From: Eledone cirrhosa
Taxonomy: Eukaryota
Length of the DNA stretch: 64,000 nucleotides
Direction of reading: 5' to 3'
Assembly: GCA_964016885.1 (NCBI GenBank)
Contig: OZ024740.1
Span: 192,944,001-193,008,000, forward strand
Shown here: piece after piece, positions 49,177 to 60,993 of the stretch
How positions within the stretch are numbered: position 1 is the stretch's first letter
How the letters are laid out: each line of letters starts with the position of its first letter
Made by a program: the position numbers and the translations under genes
The notes under the pieces: generated by a model
What the model was told of the DNA's origin: nothing
Seen by the model: only the letters and a program-made list of their open reading frames with translations
Databases searched by the model: none

Positions 49177-50209
49177 AGTCATAAAAATGCTCCCGAATAA
49201 CACGCTATTTTAACAAATACCTGAACAAAAGCTCGTAGAAGAGGGTGTTTTTTTTTAGCGACGCATCGAAGTTTTTTCACTGGTCTGGACTTCATATCTG
49301 ATAGGTGTGCCCAAACATGAAGTGGATAAACACAATCTATAACTTATAAGATATTTTGTATTTATTAGATTTGTCTGCAATTAATGTCAAGGCTTAGATA
49401 ATTTTAGATTTGAAGACTTGCACAAGCGTTACTTGTATTGAAATGAATCTTTTAACTTATTGGGTAAATGATGAAACAGAACAAAACATATTTAAGAAAC
49501 GTCTAGATTGCTCTCGGTTATTATATATAGGAGTGTATGAAATACATTTGAATATATAACAATAGTAGTTTTAACAAATCATAGAAGGGCCCCAAGAGTA
49601 CTGATTCGATAGCTACACATTCATAACAAGTTGCGGTTTTAGGTTTACAACAAAGTATTAATTATTAAAGTAGATATTTTAACTATAGTAATTAATCATT
49701 GCTAGAAATGTAATCCGTTAAAAGAATAATAGAATTTATTCGTTAAAGAAAGGGATTAAATAATATTTAAATAACATTTAATGGATTACATAATAATTAC
49801 AGAATCAGCATTTCTTAAATACATTCATTGTTTGATTTAAGGTATTAGACACAACAATAAACAGGAGTAGAATTGGTGGTCCTTTTAGAAGAACTTTCCC
49901 GAGAATTCTATACAAAGTGGAAGAATTAATTCTTTACAGATCAGCAGATGCAAATAGAAAATTGTTTCCTTTCAAATACATTTTCAATTAATTCCTTACA
50001 CACACACACACACACGCACAGACATACACACACACACACGCCCCCCCCCACACACATATATATATATAAATATATATATATGTATACTTAAACACACGCA
50101 TGCACATATGCACGCACAGATACACATATATACTGAAACACACATTCACACGCAACTGCACACATATTAATGTGAGAGTGGTTTAGAGAAACAGAGCAGT
50201 TATATATAT

Positions 50210-50297
<88 letters not shown>

Positions 50298-50378
50298 GTT
50301 ATTCCGGGTTGAATCGGAGGTAACCACAGTAAGTAAGGTACTCAATACATAGCAGAGTATAAAAGTGTTAATATAGAT

Positions 50379-50431
50379 GAGATTCTACAGGACTAGAACT
50401 GTTTCATTCATTAGAAATCATCAGGAATCTC
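50379..50431 (-). ncRNA. Hammerhead ribozyme (type I, canonical core)
   Basis: Minus strand: gagattc-CTGATGA-tttctaatgaat-GAAACAG-ttctagtc-CTGTA-gaatctc. Confidence 0.85.
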
Positions 50432-50433
50432 CT

Positions 50434-50482
50434 GATTTCTGATGATTTCTAATGAATGAAACAGTTCTAGTCCTGTAGAATC
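50434..50482 (+). ncRNA. Hammerhead ribozyme (type I), mirror copy
   Basis: gattt-CTGATGA-tttctaatgaat-GAAACAG-ttctagtc-CTGTA-gaatc. Confidence 0.75.
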
Positions 50483-50486
50483 TCAT

Positions 50487-50526
<40 letters not shown>

Positions 50527-50735
50527 TACATATATACATTTATATGTGTGTGTGTGTGTGTGTATTTATGTGTGTATGTATATATATATATGTGTATGTA
50601 TATAATTGTGTGTGTGTTGGTGTGTGTTTGCATGTGTGTTTTTATTTTTCCTTCCTTCTTCATTTTCCAGCCTCACTTTCATATAGATTATATTTTTGCT
50701 TTTAAAATCCAACGCTAATAAATACACCAGGATTT

Positions 50736-50796
50736 TTTCATTCTGATGATTGAAAGCAAAATTTGTTTGCTTTTAAGAAACCACTGGTAAATGAAA
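50736..50796 (+). ncRNA. Hammerhead ribozyme (type I, canonical, long stems)
   Basis: tttcatt-CTGATGA-ttgaaagcaaa atttg tttgcttttaa-GAAACC-act-GGTA-aatgaaa: 7-bp stem I, 11-bp stem II, GUA site. Confidence 0.88.
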
Positions 50797-50907
50797 TAAT
50801 TGCCTTATGTTGTTTATTACATAACTATTAAGCTCTGTTACCTACATAGAGCACTCCTTTTTCCTGGACTTTTCCGAAGGAATTACTTCATTTATATATA
50901 TCTATAT

Positions 50908-53245
50908 ATGAAAATAGTGAGAAAAAGACAATTATTAGGAAGAAACATTTTTTTTTTCCTTTTTATTTTTCGTCGTTTTTCTGGGTTAGAAAATGTTTAA
51001 AACAAAATATTTTACTTTGTGTGATGTGTTGAGTATTAGTTAATTTATTTATTAATTAACAATGCCATTTATTTATTTATTTATATATTTAATAATTGTC
51101 TATTACCGGTATCAGCATTTTATGCATTATCAAAAGGGAGGAATATGTATTGGTGTAAAATGGTGATGTTGATCATGTTAAGGAAATGGTGAAGAAAGAA
51201 TAATGTTATTTCCAAACAACGTTTTTGAAGTGAAAAGAAAAAAGAATAAAAGGGGCGGGGGGGGGGGCATGATAGGGTAATGGGAAATAAAAAATAATAT
51301 TATTTACAGACATAGTTCTTGAAGTTAAGCAGTTCAAAATGTGTTATTATGATAAGAGCGCTTAGTTGATCCAAATGGTAGTCTGGTGTTTGATATGATT
51401 TCCCTTTTTAGAGAGTTAATATGCAGGGGGAGGTAATTCAGGTCAGGTACGTGAATGAGAAATGAGAGAAGGTATACAATTTATATAACAAAAAGGATTA
51501 GGTACGGTGTTAGGGAGGTAGCCCTCTAGAGAAACAAAGGATTTGGTTTTGGTTCATTGTTCGTTCCAGTTTTAGTTTAGTCCGAAGTTTAGTCTATTAA
51601 GTAGAAGTTGGAATTTGTTAATGAAGTACGTTTCCTTTTGGGTACGATAGATGAAAGAAGCATTGTCTATGAATTTGCAAATGGGGAACATTTTAAAGTT
51701 TGGATGTTGATTGGGTGCACAATTGGCGATATGTTCACTAAACGCAATCTTTCTGTATTCCTGTATTTTGATTTGTGATATATGGACGGTCATGCGTTGT
51801 CGGAGGCTGTTATTTTGTCTGTCCTATGTAGTGCCTTGACAACCCGAGCAGGTCAAAATATAGATTGGGGTTTCAGATGCACATGTAAAGTTGTGTTTAA
51901 CTGTGAAATGTTGTCTTTGTTTAAAATGGAATGTTGAACCTTCTATTAGATTTATGCATATGCCACAGTTGGGCCTTCCGCATTTTTTTTACTGTAGGGT
52001 TCATTGTGAGGGTTGGTTGGATTTTGGCTTGTGTGCGGATGTTTTTAATGGATTTAGGTTGTCTTTTGCTCTTTATGATGTGTGTTTTGAGGATTTTGTT
52101 CATTCTTGGATCTCATTTTATAAAGGAATGTTCTGGAGGATGGTGGTGAATGCCTCATTGTTGAGGGGTTGTGTGTGCAGATGTATGGTAGAGTTTTTTG
52201 ATGCGGTTCATTTCTGGGTTTGGGGTGTCTGAGTTCCTGGATGTTAAGTTTTAGGTCACGTTGGAATCCATTGTTGATTAGGGATGGTGGGTAGTTTCTG
52301 CTGATAAGTGTGTTCTTTAATTATTCTAGTCGTGTGTAGCTAGTGTGCAGATCCTTCTGGCTAGGTCATAAGGAATTGCCATTTTGGTATGGCGAGGGGG
52401 GCACGAGTTGAATAGAAGATATTGTTTGGAGTCTGTGGGTTTGTAGTATATGTATGTTTCTATTTTGTTGTTTGTTTTCTTGATGAGGATGTCGAAGAAA
52501 GGGAGTTGTTCATGACTGTAATCCATTGTAAATTGTAAGTTTGTGTTCAGTCCATGTAGAAGTGTTTTAAACTCAATCAGTCTATCTATACTTTCTTGCC
52601 AGAGGATGAAGGAGTCGTCCAGATATCTCTTCCAGTTTTTTTCTATGTGTAGGTAGAAGTGGTTACAGTATTTGTCTAGAACTTTGCGGTAGAGAGTGGT
52701 TTCCAAATATCCCATGACAAGGTGGGCGTATGAGGGGGCTACTTTCGTGCCCATGGCAGTCCCAGATTTCTGTATTTAGTATTTGGCATGGAATTCGAAG
52801 AAGTTGTTTTCCAAGATGAATTTGAGTCCCTCCAACACAAATTCTTTATGGATGCGCTGTGGAAGTTGACTGGGGAAATGTTCAAGCCAGAAATGTATTG
52901 CCTCTATACCTAGGCTGTATGGGATTTTGGAATATAAATTGATGACATAAAAGATTAATAGTAGGGTATGTTCATTATTAAGTGTTGTTGGGAGGTGGTT
53001 GAGCATGTAAACGTCGTCCCTTATGAATCTTTTTATGTGTTTTAGGAAAGGTTTAAGCAGAATATCTAGGAAGTTGCTTAGGCGGTGGATTTCACATGTG
53101 GTACCTGCTATTATGGGTCTATATATAAGGTCATCAGTAGGGGGTATATTGATATAAATGTCTGTGGCTTGCTTGCAGGCCCTGCCTATTACTTCGCTTT
53201 TGTGTGTCTTTGGGATGCCGTAGAAGAGTCTGGTTCTGCAGAACT
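50908..53245 (-). mobile_element. Penelope-like element, second copy of the 184-2802 family, degenerate
   Basis: FYGIPKTHK, RPIIAG, MGTKVAPSYA, WKRYLDD and GIY-YIG remnants. The tail is homologous to 2140-2802, with an HHR-like TTGATAA motif at ~51101-51136. Confidence 0.9.
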
Positions 53246-53659
53246 TTGAGATTAAGCAGTATAATAAAACCATTTGTTGAACCCCTATCAACAAATTTAG
53301 ATTAAGCTATATGTATTCTTCAAACCACTCTCTCCCATTTCTCCTACCCATACATATCTCTCTCTCTTACTCTCTCTCTCTCTCTCTCCCTCTCCCTTTC
53401 TTTCTCTCTTCCGTTTCTACTCTATCTTCCCCAATTACTCCTTTTAAGAAATATTAAGAAACTATGATGCAGCCATATTAGTTCTGAAGAATTGATGGTA
53501 TGAACAGCATTTGAAAATTGAGTATCTGCAAATTCATAACTACCAATTTGAATATAGCATGACTATGCTGTGTAACTATTAAGGAAACATTTGTAAACAC
53601 TTGAAATAAATTACCTTTATATGATGTCTACCTGTTTTATTAATCAATCTTTGTATATA

Positions 53660-53699
<40 letters not shown>

Positions 53700-53735
53700 T
53701 GTGCGTGTGTGTGTATGTATGTATGTATGTATGTA

Positions 53736-54091
53736 CATGTCGAGTCATTCGTGGGTGCTACTGGTAACATGTAACACAGTACAACCTGTCGCATGATCGG
53801 TCGTCAGCGACTAAACCGGCACCCCTACCAAGTTTACGTGGTGAGGAGGGTGATTTTGGACACCCTGCACGACAAAATACAAAGGCTGACAAAGGGCAGG
53901 AGAACTCATAAGAGTCAACGCAAAAGGAAAGTGTGTAAATATGTATATACAGATGTACTGCGCGGTTAAACCACTGGGATTGAAAAACCCCTACCATTTG
54001 TCAGGGCATTCTTCTAGGAGAAGGCAACTCAGGAAACTGGGATAACTCCGATACAAAACCTGTCGCTCTGTAGTTACCGATGATGTTGATC

Positions 54092-54092
<1 letters not shown>
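53736..54092 (+). mobile_element. Probable RTE-related 5' UTR / SINE-like fragment
   Basis: GC-richer island between microsatellites. tctaggagaaggcaactc..aaacctg resembles RTE 5' UTR sequence as I recall it; not verified. Confidence 0.3.
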
Positions 54093-54181
<89 letters not shown>

Positions 54182-54254
54182 TTATGTATATATAGATATA
54201 TATATGTGTGTGTGTGTGTGAGAGGAGGGAGAGATAGAGAGAGAAAGAGAGAGA

Positions 54255-55911
54255 CAATTAGGTTTTTTTAAATAAAACAAAATAGATGTCCTACACGGGT
54301 GAACGTATAAGGAAAAGAAATCGGAAATGCGACTGGAATCTGTTTAAGAATATTTATTTATTTCCTTTTACTGGTTTCACAGTTCTTATGCTTTTCAAAA
54401 ATAGAATTGAGATGGAGGGTTTGTGATTATCTGGCATTTCGAGAAAAAACACAACTCGGCGCATGTTACAGATTTGGTTGGTTTGTATTTTTTAAATGAA
54501 ATTCAGAAGGATTTACCCTACCTCAATGTTGGTTTCTACCGCAATGATGCACTACTACTTATAGATTATAAAAAAAGTTAATATAGAAAGAACTAGAAAA
54601 CAATTGCATAAACTATTTAAAAACTTCAACTTAAGTATTACCTTAGATAAAAACACTGAAAACGTTAACTTCCTTGATGCTACCCTTTGCTTAGACTCTA
54701 AAATATATACATCCTTTCATAAACCAAATGAAACACTGCTTTGTGTAGATAACAACTCTAACCACCCTAAATCTATTTTAAACTCGATTACCAAAGGAGT
54801 ATCTAGTAGAATACCGACTCTTATAATGAAACTACATTTAACGCAAATTCCCAATATTATAATGAAGCTTTAACTCGCTCAGGCCATAAAGATAAAATTA
54901 CATTTTTACGAAAAAAATCGTCTAGTTATAATATTATTTCACACAATGTGGGCATGAATAAAATTAAAAGTAATAAAAATACTGACCACTCTAACTCTCG
55001 TATAAAGGGTAATAACAATGTTAACTCGCACCAAAATAAACATCCTAGTAATAATAATAAAAATATAAATAAAAACAATACTACAACTAAGCTTACAAAA
55101 AATAATCACACAAATAGATGAACTAATACATTTTTCAATCCCCCTTTCAATTTAAACGTTTCCACCAACTTGCCTAAGGCTTTCTTCTCAACTTTAGAAA
55201 AAAACTTCCCAGTCGGCCATAGATACCATAATCTTATCAATAAAAATACTATTAAAATCTCTCACTCTACTACACCTAACATTGCGAACCATATAGCTGG
55301 TAGTAATAAAAGGAAGATTAATAAATATTTCCAAGTGATTAAATCTCAACATAGGGAGAACCTGCATAACAACTTAGTACTGAAGAATACTAGTAACATT
55401 AATATCAATAGTAATAGCAATAGGAATAATAATCATCATTATCCTTGTAATCTTCCTAACAACCATGCATCTACACACCCTATTAACCAGCAAGTAAACA
55501 ACCAAAATAACTGCAAGTGTAGCACAAATAGAACTTGCCCATTAAGAAGAAACTGCTTAATCAAAGACATTATTTACTCCTGTACCGTCACTACACGTAA
55601 CGTAACATTTCGAAAATATATATTGGTTCTACCTCGAACTGCTTTAAGACGAGATATAACTCGCGCCTTCCCACTTTATCTACCTACATGCACTCTTTGA
55701 AAACGAGGAATAGACCATATACACTATAATGGGAAGTAATAGATGGGCCACTTCTTATAAACCACCGAATAGATTCTGTAACCTCTGTCTTTTGGAGTCT
55801 CGCATTATAATCTATTCTAAGTTAAACCTTTTAAATAGAAAGTTAGGAATTTATTACAAGTGTCAACACTACCACCGACACTCTTTCCACAATTTCAAAC
55901 CTAGCCGTTAA
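54255..55911 (+). mobile_element. Decayed Penelope-like element (Hydra-clade-like) preceded by an inverted pseudo-LTR piece
   Basis: VTDLVGLY, FYRND, VNFLDATLCL, FHKPNE, SNHP, CKC..CPL..CL..IIY, CNLC, CQH. ~54350-54445 is the reverse complement of a homolog of 5950-6050. Confidence 0.8.
54367..54402 (-). ncRNA. Hammerhead motif (U3:A8 core variant)
   Basis: Minus strand: ttt-TTGAAAA-gca taagaac tgt-GAAAC-ca-GTA-aaa. Confidence 0.6.
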
Positions 55912-56181
55912 TATGTAACAATATCATATCTAGATTCCTCACCAGTGTTAACACTTTACCTCTAGGTTTTATTAGCATAAAATCTCCCCACATCATCACT
56001 TGTTTGTATCAACTAAATCCTTCATTTATCCCCTATTTATCTCAGATCCTATACTCAATAATAACTATAAAGAATAAACATACCTTTACCACCACTTGAT
56101 ATAATTATAATATCTTCCTTACTAATATGTTATTCCTTTAATTAATATATAAGTAAGTATTGGACTATTGGGAGCTTTAAA

Positions 56182-56450
56182 TCTTTATATATATAAAAGC
56201 GAGGATGTGTGTGTGTCTGTGTACAATTTTGCATACTTAAGGCTTTTACAATTACCAACTGAATTTGACCAAATTTTCTGTGCACGTTGCACAGGTCGTT
56301 AAGATTGTCACATCACAAACATTTTCCAAATCGAACCACGTTGAGCAATAAAAAATCGATATCAAAATTATCGGTAGAAAAATTGATGTAAGGGAGATAA
56401 CCAACTTTATTGACAATCCTTATAAAAAAGGGAGATAACCAACTTTTCAG
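56182..56450 (+). mobile_element. Possible 5' part of a non-autonomous Helitron-like element
   Basis: Starts tctttatatatataaaagcgaggatgtgtgtgtgtctg..gaatttgaccaaattt, which is typical of invertebrate Helitron-N 5' ends. No CTRR 3' end was found. Confidence 0.35.
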
Positions 56451-56660
56451 AATATAAACATCACATTCATTTGGAGATGAATCAATAATATTATCGTGTG
56501 TTCCTTGTTTATTCTTTGCTGCACTTTTAAAGTTAAAAAACTCTTGTTGTTTTAACTTGTTTCACTATAATACGTGTTAATTTTCGCGGTAAGGGCCTAA
56601 TCTCGCAGCAGTCTCGAATTGACGATATTTTGATGATGGTTTGTTTATTTTTAATGACAA

Positions 56661-57068
56661 ATAACCGAAAGCAACCCTTCGCGGCGATGGCGACGGATCA
56701 TTTATCGAGTATTTCGACAGCGTGTATAAATCGACCAGATATACAGTCAACTAAACAGAATTAGGTGTAAAATAAACTAGAAGGAAAGTGAACATATTTA
56801 GTAACCTCTACCATGGTTTCGTCCGCATTTTAAGATATCCGATAACATTGGAAATCTAGAGCACCGGACTCTTCAGGAGTTAGCCCAAATTTAGACAATA
56901 AATTTTCCAAAGAATACATTCAAAAATGGCTAAGAATCGTGACGTGGCAGCGGTCAAGTTAGAAAGGATGTGATTTGTTGCTTACTGCTAGTAGGCTTTT
57001 TGCAGGAAAGCGCAGCCAAATACAACCAGAATTGTATCTCAACCTAACGGGAGATTATTATATATAAA

Positions 57069-57115
<47 letters not shown>

Positions 57116-57131
57116 CATATATATTTATATA

Positions 57132-57188
<57 letters not shown>

Positions 57189-57420
57189 TTTGCAACGGGT
57201 CACTTTGTGGCTCAATGAAGAGTTAATAAATTAAATAATCAGAGCTATATATTATAAAACATGTCTATAGAATTACCAGATAAAATATATACCGTTTCCT
57301 CTCCCAATTAGCATAACCGAAAGCAACTCTTCCTGGCGGTTGCGACGGAGCATTTATCGAGTATTTCGACAGCGTGTATAAATCGACCAGATATACAGTC
57401 AACTAAACAGAATTAGGTGT

Positions 57421-57424
<4 letters not shown>
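56661..57424 (+). repeat. ~110-bp direct repeat (56661-56773 and ~57314-57424)
   Basis: ataaccgaaagcaac..catttatcgagtatttcgacagcgtgtataaatcgaccagatatacagtcaactaaacagaattaggtgtaaaata occurs twice. Confidence 0.85.
56806..56879 (-). ncRNA. Hammerhead ribozyme (type I) with large loop II
   Basis: Minus strand: ctc-CTGAAGA-gtccg..[39 nt]..cggac-GAAAC-catg-GTA-gag. Confidence 0.8.
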
Positions 57425-57494
<70 letters not shown>

Positions 57495-57505
57495 TATATA
57501 TACAT

Positions 57506-58082
57506 ATATTGGTAAACGGAATAGAAAATGCTGACAAATTGTTCACAGTTGAAAAATGGTTTAATTAGCAATAAAAGAGCATTAGTGTATGGGTTAGTAT
57601 TCAGTTGTGGTTTTAAGTTTTTAAGTTTTTACCGGTTGCACATTTCTAAATGCTTTTCAAAAATAATTTTTAGATAGAGTGTCCGTGCCGTTTGCTCTGA
57701 TCTGATTAGTTTTGGGAATTCTACCTGTTTTTATGTTAAAAAAGCGGCTCCAGCGTTATTTTTGTGTTGCAAAAATGCTTGTGGTCAAAACAATTTTGAT
57801 TGGTTGGTAGAGGTCATGTGAATGTAAAAAGTTGATTTTGCGCCAAGACTGTTTTTATGTTAAAAAAGTGGCTCCAGCAAACATTCTTGGTCAAAACAAT
57901 TTTGATTGGTCGGTAGAGGTCATGTGGATAAAAAATTGGTTTTGCGCCAAGATTGAGAAATGACTCTTTCACAACAAATATGTGTGTGTGTGTGTGTATG
58001 TGTGTGTGTGTAGTAGTAGTAGTAGGGTGTTCGATGCTGCGACAATGGCCAGCAGCGATGTGTGTCAAATGGCTATTAAGAT

Positions 58083-58119
<37 letters not shown>

Positions 58120-59393
58120 TATAGCAGAGTAATTCGATGGTCAGTAAGAATGTGTTTGAAAGCAGTGGGGGGTATTTTAGCACGTCAAAAGATATTTTTC
58201 AGCTTTTGTCTTATACGGAGAAGTGCGTGTGTGTGTGTGTTTATAAGTCTCTTTGTATGTTGATGTACGCGTGTGTATGTGTTTGTGTATATATTGGTGT
58301 GTGGGTGTGTGTGTGTGTGTGTGTGGGTGGACCAGTATTTTTTTCCCCCTGGTAAAATGGTGTACATTATTCGATTTTTTCAGACTCCAAGCAATATCTC
58401 CCCTTCAACTCTTGCCACCCTAGACACGTTAAAATTAATATTCCCTAAAACTTAGCCAAGAGAATCTGTACTATAGTCTCCAATAAAAACATCTGCTACT
58501 TACGGCTACAAGAACTAAAGGACACACTCATAGGCAGGGACTACCCTGCATCACTAATTGACAATGGAATCCAACGTCCCCTAAAACTCAGTACCCAGGA
58601 CCTTAGACACCCTAAAGTAAATCAACCAAAACTAAAAGCTCTTCCATACATCTCCACACACAAACCCCTCAACAATGAGGCCTTTGACACCATCCTCCAG
58701 AACATCCCTGTATTGAAAAAGGACCATAGAATGAACCAAATTCTACGAACACACGATATCATAAAGAGCAAAAGACAATCCAAGTCAATGAAAAACATCT
58801 TAACACATGCCAAAGTACTGCCAACCACAACAACGAAACCCACAGTAAAAAAATGCGATAGACCCAACTGTGGCATTTGCATCAACCTAATAGAGGGTTC
58901 GGAATTCTATTTCAAAGATGGACAACGTTTTATAGTAAAACACAATTTCACATGTGCATCGGAAAATCTAATATATGTATTAACAATGTTCAGGTTGTCG
59001 AGAACAATACATAGGCCAGACCAAAAACAGCCTCCGCCAACGCATGACTGTCCATAGATCCCAAATTAAAATACGGGAATACAGGAAAATACCACTGAGT
59101 GAACACATTGACACCTGCCGCCCAAAATCATCCCAACTTCAGAATCTTTCCCCTCTACAAATTTAAAGATAATGCCACCCACACCCAGCGCATCAGCAAG
59201 GAATCTTACTTCATTAACAAATACGGACCCCGTCTAAAGACTTCTCCCTAAGACGAACCCACAACATACACACGTCAACATACATACCTACATCAGCACA
59301 CATCTCTACCCACATATAAACACAATGACACACGTAAACACACATGCTCTATGGTGCAATACAAAAGAATATATGTGCATATATATGTATGTA

Positions 59394-59450
<57 letters not shown>

Positions 59451-59594
59451 AATATGTGTATGTGTATATAAATATAGTGAATATCATTTCACACCTTTTA
59501 TTGTTAAGATTTTTGATGTTCTATTAAGAGAACCGAATTTACTGAAAAAATCGAATAATGTACACCATTTTACCAGGGGGAAAAAAATACTGGT

Positions 59595-59633
<39 letters not shown>

Positions 59634-59827
59634 CACAAACACATACACACGCGTACATCAACATACAAAGAGACTTATATACACACACACACACACACAC
59701 ACACGCACTTCTCCGTATAAGACAAAAGCTGAAAAATATCTTGTGACATGCTAAAATACCCCCCACTGCTTTCAGACACATTCTTACTGACCATCGAATT
59801 ACTCTGCTATACACACACACACACACA

Positions 59828-59870
<43 letters not shown>

Positions 59871-59961
59871 ACACAGACACACACACACATTTATCTTAAT
59901 AGCCATTTGACACACATCGCTGCCGGCCATTGTCGCAGCATCGAACACCTTACTACTACTA

Positions 59962-60023
<62 letters not shown>

Positions 60024-60565
60024 TCACACATACACACACACACACACACATATTTGTTGTGAAAGAGTCATTTCTCAATCTTGGCGCAAAACCAATTTTT
60101 TATCCACATGACCTCTACCGACCAATCAAAATTGTTTTGACCAAGAATTTTTGCTGGAGCCACTTTTTTAACATAAAAACAGTCTTGGCGCAAAATCAAC
60201 TTTTTACATTCACATGACCTCTACCGACCAATCAAAATTGTTTTGACCACAAGCATTTTTGCAACACAAAAATAACGCTGGCGCCACTTTTTTAACATAA
60301 AAACAGGTAGAATTCCCAAAACTAATCAGATCAGAGCAAACAGCACGGACACTCTATCTCAGAATTATTTTTGAAAGCATTTAGAAATGCGCAACCGGTA
60401 AAAACTTAAAAACTTAAAACCACAACTGAATACTAACCCATACAATCACTAATACTCTTTTATTCCTAATTAAACCATTTTTCAACTGTGAACAATTTGT
60501 CAGCATTTTCTATTCCGTTTACCAATATATAATAACTTGTGTGTTACACCTCTATTCTTTTAACT
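57506..60565 (+). mobile_element. Penelope-like 3' fragment (Neptune-like) enclosed in ~0.9-1.0-kb inverted repeats
   Basis: Coding remnant ~58420-59240 (CDRPNCGIC, FTCASENLIY, YIGQT). 57506-58383 is inverted with 59542-60526. The arms contain (CA)n, an ~85-bp internal repeat and HHR-like TTGAAAA..GCAACCGGTA (~57627-57663 minus; ~60368-60403 plus). Confidence 0.88.
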
Positions 60566-60743
60566 ATATATATATATATATGTGTGTGTGTATATATTAA
60601 AATAACAGATTACAGTTTAAGCAAAGTATCGCTACTTTCACCCTTAACGGGATATTCTGAAACTGAAAAAATAAAGTTGTAGACGCAGAAGTAAATATTA
60701 CGAAAAACGATGCAACCGAAGGAAAACAGGAATACTATTATTA

Positions 60744-60993
60744 TCGAGGTTGACTTTGCCTTTCATCCTTACGGGGTCGATAAAATAAAGTACCAGTGAG
60801 GCACTGGGTAGTTGCTGGCCTTGTGCCTAAAGTAGAAACAATTATTATTATTATTATTTTACGATCTGAGTTCAAATCACGCTGAGGTTGACTTTGACTT
60901 TCATCCTTACGGGGTCGATAAAATAAAGTACCAGTAATGCACTGGCTAATTGCTGGCCTTGTGCCTAAAGTAGAAACAACTATTATTATTATT
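60744..60993 (+). mobile_element. Two tandem 5'-truncated SINE copies with (TTA)n tails
   Basis: Same core as 18565-19420. Confidence 0.88.

Larger units (their letters stand above)
50372..50491. repeat. Perfect 53-bp-arm palindrome made of two back-to-back hammerheads
   Basis: 50372-50424 is the exact reverse complement of 50439-50491. Confidence 0.95.

Noticed and set aside
53478-53525. ttctgaaga..gaaaattg HHR-like string
   Set aside because: No convincing stem I or stem II pairing.
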